From Flectonema sp. DT1601 (taxonomy: Eukaryota), in contig OZ025790.1 of NCBI GenBank assembly GCA_964019425.1, positions 1 through 64,000 on the forward strand: a stretch of DNA of 64,000 nucleotides. The letters run 5' to 3'. Shown in pieces: positions 30,664 through 41,314 of the stretch. A model generated the notes under the pieces. That model was given only the letters and a program-made list of their open reading frames with translations, did not search any database and had not been told where the DNA came from. The position numbers and the translations under genes are program-made. The stretch's first letter is position 1, and each line of letters begins with the position of its first letter.

Positions 30664-33600
30664 GTGGAAAAGGATACGGCTCGTGAACTGCTGCTAAAGG
30701 CAGGCGACGTCGAACGCAACCCTGGCCCTGACAACTCTCTCATATCTCTACTGAGCTGGAACTGTCGATCGATGGGGAACAAAGGCGCTTATATTCACAA
30801 GCTGCTAAATGCCTATGCGCCTGACGTACTGTGCCTACAGGAGACTTGGACGAATGATGTAATTTCGCACACGGACTATTTCACCTATCGGAATGATAGG
30901 GCAACACGAGGTGGAGGGGTTATTTCTATGGTGAAAAAATGCCACACTCAGCAGCGTTTGAACATGGAGCTTCCGCCACACTTAAATGATGTCGAGGTCG
31001 TGAAGGTCAACATAGGTGGAAAGATTGACATCATCAATGTTTATGCTCCCCCGGGATGCATGATCAGAGAGTCAGATCTTCCAGTCTCAACGAAAGCAAT
31101 CGTCGCGGGTGACTTTAATGCCCATCATCCGGTGTGGTCACTTAAATCGACGAGAGCAGGTTCAACTCTACATGCATGGGCAGCTCAAAATGATCTACTG
31201 GTTGCTAACAAGATGGGGTCAATCACAAGGCCTTTTCCTGACGTCCCGGGGGGTGGTACCTCGCCAGATGTAGTATTCTTTTCAAACTCGATGGTTCTTG
31301 AAGAATTTAGTGCAATTGAAGAAGATAATAAACATGGGTCAGATCATCGACCTCTCTACACCGTACTGGATCCCATGTGCCAACTTGCACGGGCCACGAT
31401 AGGTTCGAAGAAACGCGTTGTATGGGACTTCAAGTCTACGGACTGGAACTGCTTTGGGACCATGCTCGAAAAGAGAATTAGAAAATCAAGACTCTCCGAT
31501 GATGCAACTGCGAATGCCAAGCTCTTTAACAACATACTGCATGAAGTGGCGGCTAAATTCATTCGTCGACGTCTCCTTTTCAAAGGGAAACGGAGACGAA
31601 AGTGGAAGACGTCAACCCCTGATTCTACCAAATCGAAGGGTGTCCACCTACGTGATCAACTTGACAAGGGTAACAACTTTGCCTTTGCGTTTAAGAAGAT
31701 CAAAGAACTGCAGCAAGATGCTGGTAAGGATATCAGTGTCAACAACATCTCTGACTGCGATCTCCCATCAGCATTCTTGGACCTGTTTGTCTCGAAATCG
31801 GAAATATTATCGCTTGAAGCCCCCGCACTCTCAGAAGGTGATAATGAAATAGATATTTGCTGTGATTTCACAATGGCTGAAATTAAAGCTGCGATTAAGA
31901 ACCTGAAGACCCGCAAGGCTGCAGGACCTGATGGAGTTCACAATGAGATGATCAAAAACTTCACTCCGGCAACAGTGGAATACCTCCTGAGAATTATTAA
32001 CACTTCCTGGAAGACTTCAAAAGTACCGTACCAATGGAAACAGGGACTAATCAAGCCCATGTTCAAGGCAGGGAAACCTCGTAATGAACTAAAGAGTTTC
32101 AGACCGATAACGCTCACCTCGGTTGTTGGGAAACTTGCGGAGAGGCTCGTGTATGACCGACTCATGCACTGGCTCACTAAACATTCGTCGCTCAGTCCAC
32201 TACAGGCTGGATTCAGAAAGGGGAGAAATACCTGCGAGCAGATCACCGTTCTAGTAGATGCTATCGTAAGGAGCCACATGGAAGAAAAGAGATCAGTGTT
32301 CTTGTCATTCGACTTTACTGCTGCGTTTGACGGATCAACCATAAGATACTTTTATTAAAATTAGTAAAGATGGGTGTTCCGAATGTTATTATCAGATGGA
32401 TCACAGACTTTCTTACAAACAGGAAGGTTAGAGTTGAAGCGAATGGGTATTTTAGCGAATTCCGTACTCTGGCTAAGGGGGTTCCCCAGGGATCGATCCT
32501 GGGTCCTCTTCTCTATCTTATCTACGTTGATGACCTCTGCAAGATTTTGGAACTGGAGAAGGAAACAACGACGTCTGCTCTGTATGCGGATGACACAGCA
32601 TGTGTGGTGTCAGGATCAAACATGGAAGAAGCTCTTTCGAATGCTCAGTTAGTACTCGACAAAGTGGATCAATGGTGTTTTGAAAACGACATGGCCTTAT
32701 CGGTCTCCAAAACCTGTGCGCTTAAGATGAATGTTCGCTCGAAGGGCATAGTACTAAACGATACGTGTAATCGCGAACTGCTTTTCTCTAGATCTGTTGA
32801 GGAACGCATGCTTAAACTTGACTATGGTGACATCGAGAATCATATCAATCTCAAATCACCCAGACCCATGCTTCAAAGTGGCGAAACTATTCTTGAAATT
32901 GGAGGAATCCCAATCAAGACACAAGAAGAACTCGACAACTTGATGCTGCAATACGTCGTTCGTGAGGACAGCATTATGGTTGTGAGAGCAATATTCAAAA
33001 CTGCCTTTCTGTTACCGATAGTCGACTCAGTAAAATACCTCGGAGTTCACATCGACGACAGGCTCACCTTCCACAAACAAGTAGGCAAGATTCACGAAGA
33101 ATTAAAGAGGGGGATATCACTTCTGCAGTGCCTCCAGCCGTACGAACTGGACTACAAGACTCTTAACATGGTTAAGAACCTTTATGTAACCGCGAGAATC
33201 TCGTATGCGCTTGACAGTTTTGGTTGGCTGATAAGCAGCAGCGTTGACAGCATCGACTTCGAACTGAGGAAGGTCGCCAGACTGGTTACTGGATGCAGCA
33301 AGTGTACGCCAAGAGAGTTACTGTTGTGGGAGTCTGACATGTATCCTTTTAAACGTCAGATTGAAAAGCAGACAAAAATTGCGTACTACAGGTATAAAGC
33401 CATGACTTGGATACCTAATACAAACAGACTCGCCTCAACACAAAGCTACTGGGCTGGCCTAATCCCTGGCACTGATAGTCAGCGTGAAAGCCAGTGCTTA
33501 GTGCAGCCTGACTCGATGGAACCCTGGGTATCTCCGACGAACCTTAGGATTAGCAACAGCTGCGGATTTCCGAAGTCCGCGAACCCTGCGGTGGACAAAG

Positions 33601-34532
33601 AAAAATTCATGTCGTACATTGGAACGTTACCTCCTGTCGACATGGTAATCAACTGCGATGGCTCCTACTCTGCTTCCGGCGCGGCCGGTGCGGCTCATAT
33701 TGCCAAGTCACGTAGCGGCCTTCGATCTGCTTACGCGTCTAGGCTTTATCAAGCTGACTGCAGCTACAGGGCTGAACAACATGCTCTGAAGAACGCGGCT
33801 AGACATCTGAGAACAGTGTTTAGCAAAGATCCTTCAATGAGATCTGTAAGGCTATTCACGGACTCAAAATCCCTTCTGGATGAACTGCTGGGTGGAAGGT
33901 GCAGACAGAGGAATACTGAGTCCCTCAAGATACTGGAATACCTGCGCATGTGTGAAATGAAAGTGCATTTGCAATTCATCCCCTCACACATTGGAATCGA
34001 GTTTCACGATGAAGTTGACGCGCTTGCAAAGGAAGCAGCGCACAACAAGAACATCCGACCTGTGCTAGTCAAAGGCACTTACTTCTCGCGATCATCACAT
34101 GTTAAGCGCTGCATCAAAAAGGATCTGCTTAACGTGAGTGGTTACACCTGCTACAAACACCTCATCGGAGGCCGTTCCGTTAAATACCCTCCTGGGATGG
34201 AAAGAGCCGACGAGATACGGATAGCGAACTTCCGGACAGGATGTCACCCGCTAATTCAGAACTGGCGCAAGACGATCGACTGCCCATTTTGTGGCGAACC
34301 GTCCTCACAGGTTCACCTGCTGCAGGGATGTCAATCTCCCAAACTCGACTCTGCCAGGTTCAAAATCCTGGGCTTCTCAACACTGACCGGCAAGTGGGAT
34401 CGCGACCGGGAACTTATTATTGCCAACGAAATTCCTAACCTTGAAGCTCTCTTCACTTTGGCGTGGCTTCCATCACTCGCGTTGATCATAAGGTGGATGG
34501 AACAAACATCTAACCTTAGACTTTGGAAGTAA
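30664..34532 (+). CDS. LINE-A ORF2: 2A peptide, APE, RT, RNase H, Cys-His finger; 1-nt frameshift near 32331 (mutation or sequencing error)
   Basis: LLLKAGDVERNPGP; LCLQET, GDFNAHH, SDH; KAAGPDG, DFTAAFD|(R)INHKIL, GVPQGSILGP, YADD, YLGV; NCDGS, FTDSKS, HIGIEFHDEVDALAK; CPFC..H....C. Confidence 0.93.
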
Positions 34533-35040
34533 AGTAGGTGACATGTAGTCGCCAATATCAATTTGTTATTATTTTTAGTATTTTCATCATTATCAATCAT
34601 CTCCTGGTTGGGTAACTGCACATCACCTTCAGTGTTGTCGCAGTGTCTCTTCCAACACTCCTGTCTCCTTCTTCTCCTATCCTCCTTATAAATTTCTCTT
34701 GAGGGCAGGCCTTCGGGCTGTTCAAGTGGTCTTTGACCACCGCTCTAGTTATATGCTCGATTCTTTGTTTTCCTTATCGATGGTAGGAATGTAACCGAAT
34801 TAGCTTCATGTGTCCAATTTCAAGGACGCGTGACCACTTATTTTTCCGTTGCCGCTCTTCTTACGTCCTCAGGCGGAGCCTACCTATGTTTCCCGTGTTT
34901 TCCAATTTGTCAGACTTAAACCAAAAGAAAGTATAAAAGAAAGACAAAACATAGAAGTGAAAAGAACAAAAACAAAGAGTTTGGTAGCACAGACGAGTGT
35001 AACCAAAAAAAAAAAAAAAAAAAAAGAAAGTAGCTTTAGA

Positions 35041-35502
35041 AGGGTGGGTGGTCTAGTGGTGCCGCGCCTAACAGCGCAATACAGCTTCACGTGGTCGGCC
35101 TGGGTTCAAACCCGCCCCGCCCCTCATTTTTGAGGGTGGGTGGTCTAGTGGTGCCGCGCCTAACAGCGCAATACAGCTTCACGTGGTCGGCCTGGGTTCA
35201 AGCCCGCCCCGCCCCTCATTTGAGGGTGGGTGGTCTAGTGGTGCCGCGCCTAACAGCGCAATACAGCTTCACGTGGTCGGCCTGGGTTCAAGCCCGCCCC
35301 GCCCCTCATTCATTTTTGGAGGGTGGGTGGTCTAGTGGTGCCGCGCCTAACAGCGCAATACAGCTTCACGTGGTCGGCCTGGGTTCAAGCCCGCCCCGCC
35401 CCTCATTTGAGGGTGGGTGGTCTAGTGGTGCCGCGCCTAACAGCGCAATACAGCTTCACGTGGTCGGCCTGGGTTCAAACCCGCCCCGCCCCTCATTTTT
35501 TT
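35041..35502 (+). ncRNA. Five tandem ~90-bp tRNA-like Pol III units
   Basis: Each has A box TGGTCTAGTGG, B box GGTTCAA(G/A)CC, complementary ends (TG)AGGG...CCCTCA and a short T-run. Starts are about 35041, 35131, 35221, 35319 and 35408. Confidence 0.6.
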
Positions 35503-35503
35503 C

Positions 35504-35715
35504 GGGGGCGTCATAGTGCAGTGGATGGGGTGGTGCCCCCGCACCCAATCGGCCTCGGTTCGAACCCCGCTGTACGCACCGCGCCTCACAGCGCAATCAG
35601 TTTCCGTGTCGCATCCCCCATTGTCTCGAAAAAGTGAACGGCCACCCAGTAAGGGCAGCGCCTAAGCAATTATAGTAGTAACAAAAAGAAGGAGAAACAC
35701 AGTAGTGAAACACTC

Positions 35716-35742
<27 letters not shown>
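35504..35742 (+). mobile_element. tRNA-derived SINE, copy 3 (no TSD visible)
   Basis: Near-identical to copies 1 and 2. Confidence 0.88.
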
Positions 35743-35749
<7 letters not shown>

Positions 35750-35809
35750 ATCAGTTCTCACACCCCTGTCTTCATCACAAGAAAACTTATATTTAAATTA
35801 AGTTAAATA

Positions 35810-37072
35810 ATGACTCGTGTAAATTTTGAGTTCCCTGAGTTCCTAGTGGAGATTTGGAAGGCACGAATGGGTGAGGAACCGCCAAAGAAGTTGGATAATA
35901 TTAACTTGGATGAGCTGATTGCATGCATCCCCTTTAACATCGATCTAAGTACATTGAGATCGGACAAGGAGACGAGGAGGTTGATCCAAGGCACACTGGC
36001 TATGTGTCTTGGGATCTCAAGCGACGCAGCCAAGACACTTTCGATGAATAAGTGTCTAGTAATACTGGGGGTTCTATCAAGGAGCCGCTTGCAGTTGGTC
36101 AACCAGAGCGCCGCCCGGATGAGCGAGCGGATATCCAAGGGGGGGTCGGATAGGTTGGTGACACACGACGAGGCGGAGGATGCGATGGGATCGCTGCAGC
36201 AGGGCACGGACACGCCCCGAAGCGACACCAAGCAAGGATTCGACTCGTTGAGAAACGAATGTCAGAAGGAATCCCAATCGGTGAGGAGAAGGGTTGGGGA
36301 GGCCGCCGAGAAAGCTGAGAACATCGGGGGCATGTGGGAAGCATTCAAAGAGCAACAGGTTCTACAACAGCAACAACAAGATAACATCATCCAGCAGCTC
36401 ACACAGCAACAACAAGATCAGCAGGACCAGAATACTGCATTGTTCCAGAGCATCAGTCAACAACAACGGGTCCATCAGGAACAACAGGCAGCCGTGATAC
36501 AAGGTATCATGCAGGAATTAGCAGGTCTGAAGAAGAGGTCTACCACAACTCAGCAAGGGCCAGTAGCAGTACCTCAAGCACCAAAGACGGAAGAAGAAGA
36601 AGCAACACAGGAGGTGACCGACCCATCTGCAGCCAGAGATGTAAAAAGATGGGCAGCAGTAATGAGTTCGGGAAGGACCGAGGCTCTGGTACACGGGATC
36701 AGAGAGAGGTATGTTAACAGCCTCGAATACAAAGTTGGGGGAAGCCAATTTCTCAGTTATTTCAAGCAATTGAAAAACTTTATACTCGGGTTCGAATATG
36801 TAGTAGCGTGGGAAGAAAACCCCCACTTCGTAGAGCTAGGCAACGATTTGTTGGGGCAGCTGCGGATTCAGCATTACTTCTGCAAGGATGGGACGAAGAG
36901 ATCCGAGCTGGAGATGATAATGAAAGTGGCATCGGAAGACCCGTTGGAGAAGGCAAACGCCATAGCTAAGAGGAACAAACATGTGAAGCTGCAGCAACCA
37001 AAATGGAAAGGAGGGAAGGCGTCTGTTTCCACATACCCAGCATCGGGAAACGGGAGAGGGTTCGCGAAGTGA
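35810..37072 (+). CDS. Gag-like ORF1 of YR family 1 (Gln-rich coiled-coil)
   Basis: Homologous to family 2 gag (IPF.DL..LR.D; LV..D.A.DAMGSLQ; TDPS.A..VK.W; HFFC.DGTKRS; ASEDP.EKAN). Confidence 0.85.
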   Translation: MTRVNFEFPEFLVEIWKARMGEEPPKKLDNINLDELIACIPFNIDLSTLRSDKETRRLIQGTLAMCLGISSDAAKTLSMNKCLVILGVLSRSRLQLVNQSAARMSERISKGGSDRLVTHDEAEDAMGSLQQGTDTPRSDTKQGFDSLRNECQKESQSVRRRVGEAAEKAENIGGMWEAFKEQQVLQQQQQDNIIQQLTQQQQDQQDQNTALFQSISQQQRVHQEQQAAVIQGIMQELAGLKKRSTTTQQGPVAVPQAPKTEEEEATQEVTDPSAARDVKRWAAVMSSGRTEALVHGIRERYVNSLEYKVGGSQFLSYFKQLKNFILGFEYVVAWEENPHFVELGNDLLGQLRIQHYFCKDGTKRSELEMIMKVASEDPLEKANAIAKRNKHVKLQQPKWKGGKASVSTYPASGNGRGFAK

Positions 37073-40042
37073 CCAGCCGACCGGACCCTGCAAGTAACAA
37101 CAGTACTCCCAAGACGAAGGTTAGAGTACAGGAATATGCAAGTATTAGAAACACTCCCAATACCAAGGTTGAAGTATTTAAGGAAACCAGCAAGACTTAT
37201 GCAGAAGCGCTCAAAACAGGTATTGAAGGACGGCCGACTACGAACAAGGTTAAGAAGATCCATAAGTTCGATCGTTCGAGGCCCGGACAACAATATAAAA
37301 TCCGCAGTCCGAGGATCCCCCAGCGGAAGGGAGATGGAAGCAAATTCAGACAGAGAAACGGGAGAGATAAATTCCGCACCAATCACAGTCACAACGGATA
37401 CAATGCCCTCAGAAGAATTAGGAAAAAACATAGTTGGAAGAATCCTGCTGAACATGATGGAGGGATGCCCCGAGGGGGCAAAGAAGCGGCATGCGGAGGA
37501 TTCCGTTACATACATAGAAGCGACGGAAAGACTTCAAGAAACACTAGAGAAGATGTGGGCCTCAAAGACAACAGCAAGCAGGCGGAATCTGTGGAGAAGA
37601 TTTCGGGCCTGGGCAAGGGAAAAGGAGAAACCAGCAAACGCAAGCTCGGCTGTTCTGTTCGTGATGGCGACAGGTGTGGCAGTGCAGGGGCTTCTCTCTT
37701 ATGCAAAGAGTCTATCTGCAGTGATGGGGAGAATCGGAATAGAAAACGGACCTCTGTTGAGCTTAGCTGCAGCACTGAGGGCAAACGGGGCGGCAATACC
37801 ACTAGAACAGGCAACGCCAATGACAAGTTTCGACCTGGTGGATTGGGCAAGGGGGCAAGACTTAAAGACCCACTTGGCAATGCTAGTGTGCTGGAAGACT
37901 GCATCAAGATGGGGCGAGACCGCAGCGCTCTCAAGGGACCAGTTCATCTCTGTAAGTCCGTCAGAGATCATTATCGATTGGTTCCGCACGCCGAAGGGAA
38001 GGAGGGCAAACCCTTACTCACCAAGCAGATGGACGGTGATAAAGGGGAATCACACAGAAGAGATAAAGATCTTGCTGGATGCGATGGGGGAGTTCAAAAA
38101 ACTACACCCGTGGGACACGTCAAAATTGTGTGAAAACATTCCAGCAAGACGGCAGGATGAAAAGATACACCGCCCACTCAATAAAAAGGGGTGCGATAAG
38201 TCATCTGTTGGAAGTTCTGGCATCCGACCAAGAGCAGCAAGGACTCACAGAAGGGCTGATAAGCAGGCTGGCCAAGCATGCAGGAGTGTCGGCTCTTTCG
38301 GACACCACGCTGAGGTACGGGGGGAACCCAATTGCAATGGCGAGGGCGTTAAAGACAGGGGATGTCACCTGTTTCCTGTAGTTGATAGATCGAAAAATGC
38401 GAGCGAACGGGATGTGATGCGGAGCGTAGCAGCTCAGTTCACACACAGAACAAAGAGCACGCGCATTCCCATAACGAAGGAGGAGATATCTTCACCACTA
38501 CATGTGGCCCCTACACCTAAGATGGATGTTTCAGCTGTGAGGGGGAGGATGCTGCCATCGGTCCTGAAGAGGTTTGATTATGTTTGGGACCTCACCTTCT
38601 TTCCTAAGGATTCTTCTGTCAATGCACGGCTCTCGAGGAGGGCAACTTCGAAGTTGGCAGGGAAACATGCAAGAGAATTGGTTGAGTGTGGTATTGCAGT
38701 ACCATTTACAGTGTATGAGGAGAGGGAGACGGGGAACAGACAGCGGTTCATCCTCTGGACAAAAGAGCAGAACGAACTGATCTCGTCTGGGGGATATGAA
38801 CCATTCGTTCCACTGCAGCACATTTCTTGTTACCTGGATGCTGTACATTCGGAGGTGGCATCCTGCAGGGACTTCAAGACTGGATTCTACCAGGCCTGCA
38901 TACCTGAGGAGTCAACTTCACTCTTCAGTTTCTCTGATTCAGCTAGGAAGGTTTATTCTTTGACTCGACTTCCGATGGGTCATGTGTGTGCCCCAGAACT
39001 GATGAACACCATCGCTGCAGTAGTTGCTGGTGACCCGCTGTTCGTTAAGAAAGAATTTGCGGAGGAGGAAGTTGGGATTCACTGGTGGATTGATAACATT
39101 AGGTTATTTGGTCCCAAGGAGAAGGTTAAATGCGCAGCTGAGAGGATGGACTCCTTTGCCAGAATGGCAAACATCACATGGAAACCAAGTGATACTGTGG
39201 ATCTCTCTCCGGAGTATGAGTTCTTGGGGGTCACCTTTGATCACCATACAGACAGGGTGAGCTTGGGGACCAAGATTAGGAGAAAAATCAAGAACACCAA
39301 CCTTGATTCATTGACTGCATCGGAGTTGGAGCCCTTAGGAGGTCGCCTGTTGCATGCCAGCTCCATTGTTGGAGTTCCACCTGGGAAGTACTGGTTTAGC
39401 TTGAAGTATCTTCGCAGAGTCACAAATTACTTGAACAAGGGAACCCTACAAGTACAGCAGGTACTAAAATTGCCCCGTTCAGTAAGGAGGGAATTAAAAA
39501 TGTGGATCGGTGCTGTGCAGAAGGAGAGAATAATTATGCCTGAGCAGAAAGAGGGGAGGACTGCCGAAGTGTTTGTAGATGCCTCATTGCAGGGATGGGG
39601 AGGTGTCATTGTTTGGAAAACAGGTGAGTTGGAAATTCTTGGTGCGGCATGGCCTGCTGGTGAAGACCGACATATAAATATCCTTGAAGCGGACGCTCTT
39701 GGGAGGACACTCAAAGGAATTGCAAAGGCCGACCACCTTTCTATCTGGGTTGACAACACTACAGTTTGTGGTGCTTTTCGGAAGAAGATGTGTGTTCGCT
39801 CACACAGTCTCAACAGGTGTTTGATAACTGCGATTGAATGCCTTTTAGTTTTGAAATGTTCCTACCCCCTTGCCTGGGTAAGCACGAAGCTAAACCCAGC
39901 AGACATTCCTTCTCGAGAGGAAGTCCCACACGGAACGAGAGCGAAGGTTGAACAAGCGTTGGGGTCGTTCTTTAACTCGCGTGGTGGTGGTGGTGCCGGT
40001 GTCCCGTCGAATCGAAACGGTACAACCCCTACGCAGAGGTAA
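37003..40042 (+). CDS. RT/RNase H of family 1 with a long N-terminal extension overlapping YR (same frameshift near 38129)
   Basis: DFKTGF, LPMG, WIDN, FLGV (RT); FVDAS..GWG, HINILE, DNTT, NPADIPSR (DIRS-type RNase H). ORF 37003..38133 joins the RT frame after the 1-nt correction. Confidence 0.85.
37136..38381 (+). CDS. Tyrosine recombinase, family 1; +1 frameshift near 38129
   Basis: WKTASRW (R) lies in the frame of 37136. HSIKRG, LAKH and TLRY lie in ORF 38079..38381. Removing one T from TTGTGTG restores L-V-K as in family 2. Confidence 0.88.
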
Positions 40043-40206
40043 TCTGCACCACAGTGTAGATTCTTCTTTGTGATCTCAGACTTGTTAACTGCATGTTCAT
40101 TCAATTAAGTATACTTCTCTTTCCCAGGTGCATACAGTATAGGAAGGCTAATTATCAAAATTCCATTTAGGTAATTTGCCACCGAAACTGAGCACCAAAC
40201 AAAAAC

Positions 40207-40279
40207 CGCCGTCAGCGGGTTTTGAACCCTCGACCGCCATTCTTGCAGACCGGCGTTCTATCAATTGAGCTATGTAGCC
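40207..40279 (-). pseudogene. tRNA-like (Cys-GCA-like) pseudogene, copy 3
   Basis: One substitution seen relative to copies 1 and 2 (loop CTGCAAG). Confidence 0.65.
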
Positions 40280-40295
40280 ACATAATCGACGTCTC

Positions 40296-41309
40296 TTTTT
40301 TTTTTTTTTTTTTTGGTTACACTCGTCTGTGCTACCAAACTCTTTGTTTTTGTTCTTTTCACTTCTATGTTTTGTCTTTCTTTTATACTTTCTTTTTAAC
40401 TTAAGTCTGACAAATTGGAAAACACGGGAAACATAGGTAGGCTCCGCCTGAGGACGTAAGAAGAGCGGCAACGGAAAAATAAATGGTCACGCGTCCTTGA
40501 AATTGGACACATGAAGCTAATTCGGTTGCCATTCCTACCATCAATAAGGAAAACAAAGAGTCGAGCATATAACTAGAGCGGTGGTCAAAGACCACTTGAA
40601 CAGCCCGAAGGCCTGCCCTCAAGAGAAATTAATAAGGAGAATAGGAGAAGAAGGAGAAAGGAGTATTGGAAGGGACACTGAGACAACACCGAAGGTGATG
40701 TGCAGTTACCCAACCAGGAGATGATTGATAATGATGAAAATACTAAAAAAATAATAACAAATTGATATTGGCGACTACATGTCACCTACTTTACTTCCAA
40801 AGTCTAAGGTTAGATGTTTGTTCCATCCACCTTATGATCAACGCGAGTGATGGAAGCCACGCCAAAGTGAAGAGAGCTTCAAGGTTAGGAATTTCGTTGG
40901 CAATAATAAGTTCTCGATCGCGATCCCACTTGCCGGTCAGTGTTGAGAAGCCCAGGATTTTGAACCTGGCAGAGTCGAGTTTGGGAGATTGACATCCCTG
41001 CAGCAGGTGAACCTGTGAGGACGGTTCGCCACAAAATGGGCAGTCGATCGTCTTGCGCCAGTTCTGAATTAGCGGGTGACATCCTGTCCGGAAGTTCGCT
41101 ATCCGTATCTCGTCGGCTCTTTCCATCCCAGGAGGGTATTTAACGGAACGGCCTCTGATGAGGTGTTTGTAGCAGGTGTAACCACTCACGTTAAGCAGAT
41201 CCTTTTTGATGCAGCGCTTAACATGTGATGATCGCGAGAAGTAAGTGCCTTTGACTAGCACAGGTCGGATGTTCTTGTTGTGCGCTGCTTCCTTTGCAAG
41301 CGCGTCAAC
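40296..41309 (-). mobile_element. LINE-A, ~1-kb 5'-truncated copy
   Basis: Matches about 34016-35025. Flanked by ACGTCTCTTTTT on both sides (TSD). Confidence 0.92.
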
Positions 41310-41314
41310 GTCTC

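Larger units (their letters stand above)
28866..35029 (+). mobile_element. LINE-A, full-length two-ORF non-LTR retrotransposon
   Basis: SL remnant, ORF1, 2A-APE-RT-RNase H ORF2, about 470-nt 3' UTR, polyA at 35005-35025. Confidence 0.94.
35743..40154 (+). mobile_element. YR retrotransposon family 1 (VIPER-like order gag, YR, RT/RNase H); terminal repeats incomplete
   Basis: Three recognisable ORFs. The 3' end CAGGTGCA...GGAAGGCTAATTA resembles the B-repeat end of family 2 (CAGGTGCA...GGAAGGACAATTA). Confidence 0.88.

Noticed and set aside
34835..34890. Hammerhead ribozyme on the minus strand of the LINE-A 3' UTR (CTGAGGA...GAAA)
   Set aside because: Stem II closure is atypical and no convincing stems I and III were found.
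35131..35220. UGA-suppressor or selenocysteine tRNA (contains CTTCA)
   Set aside because: No anticodon stem closes CT-TCA-CG and the spacing does not fit tRNA-Sec. A covariance-model search would be needed.
37136..40042. Natural YR-RT fusion protein of 968 aa
   Set aside because: A single extra base near 38129 swaps frames. The YR catalytic H-x-x-R/Y region lies in another frame, and family 2 shows separate overlapping ORFs.
23823..40042. Full genetic-code reassignment of UGA
   Set aside because: Long ORFs contain no scattered in-frame TGA and use TGG for Trp. TGA appears only at ORF boundaries.
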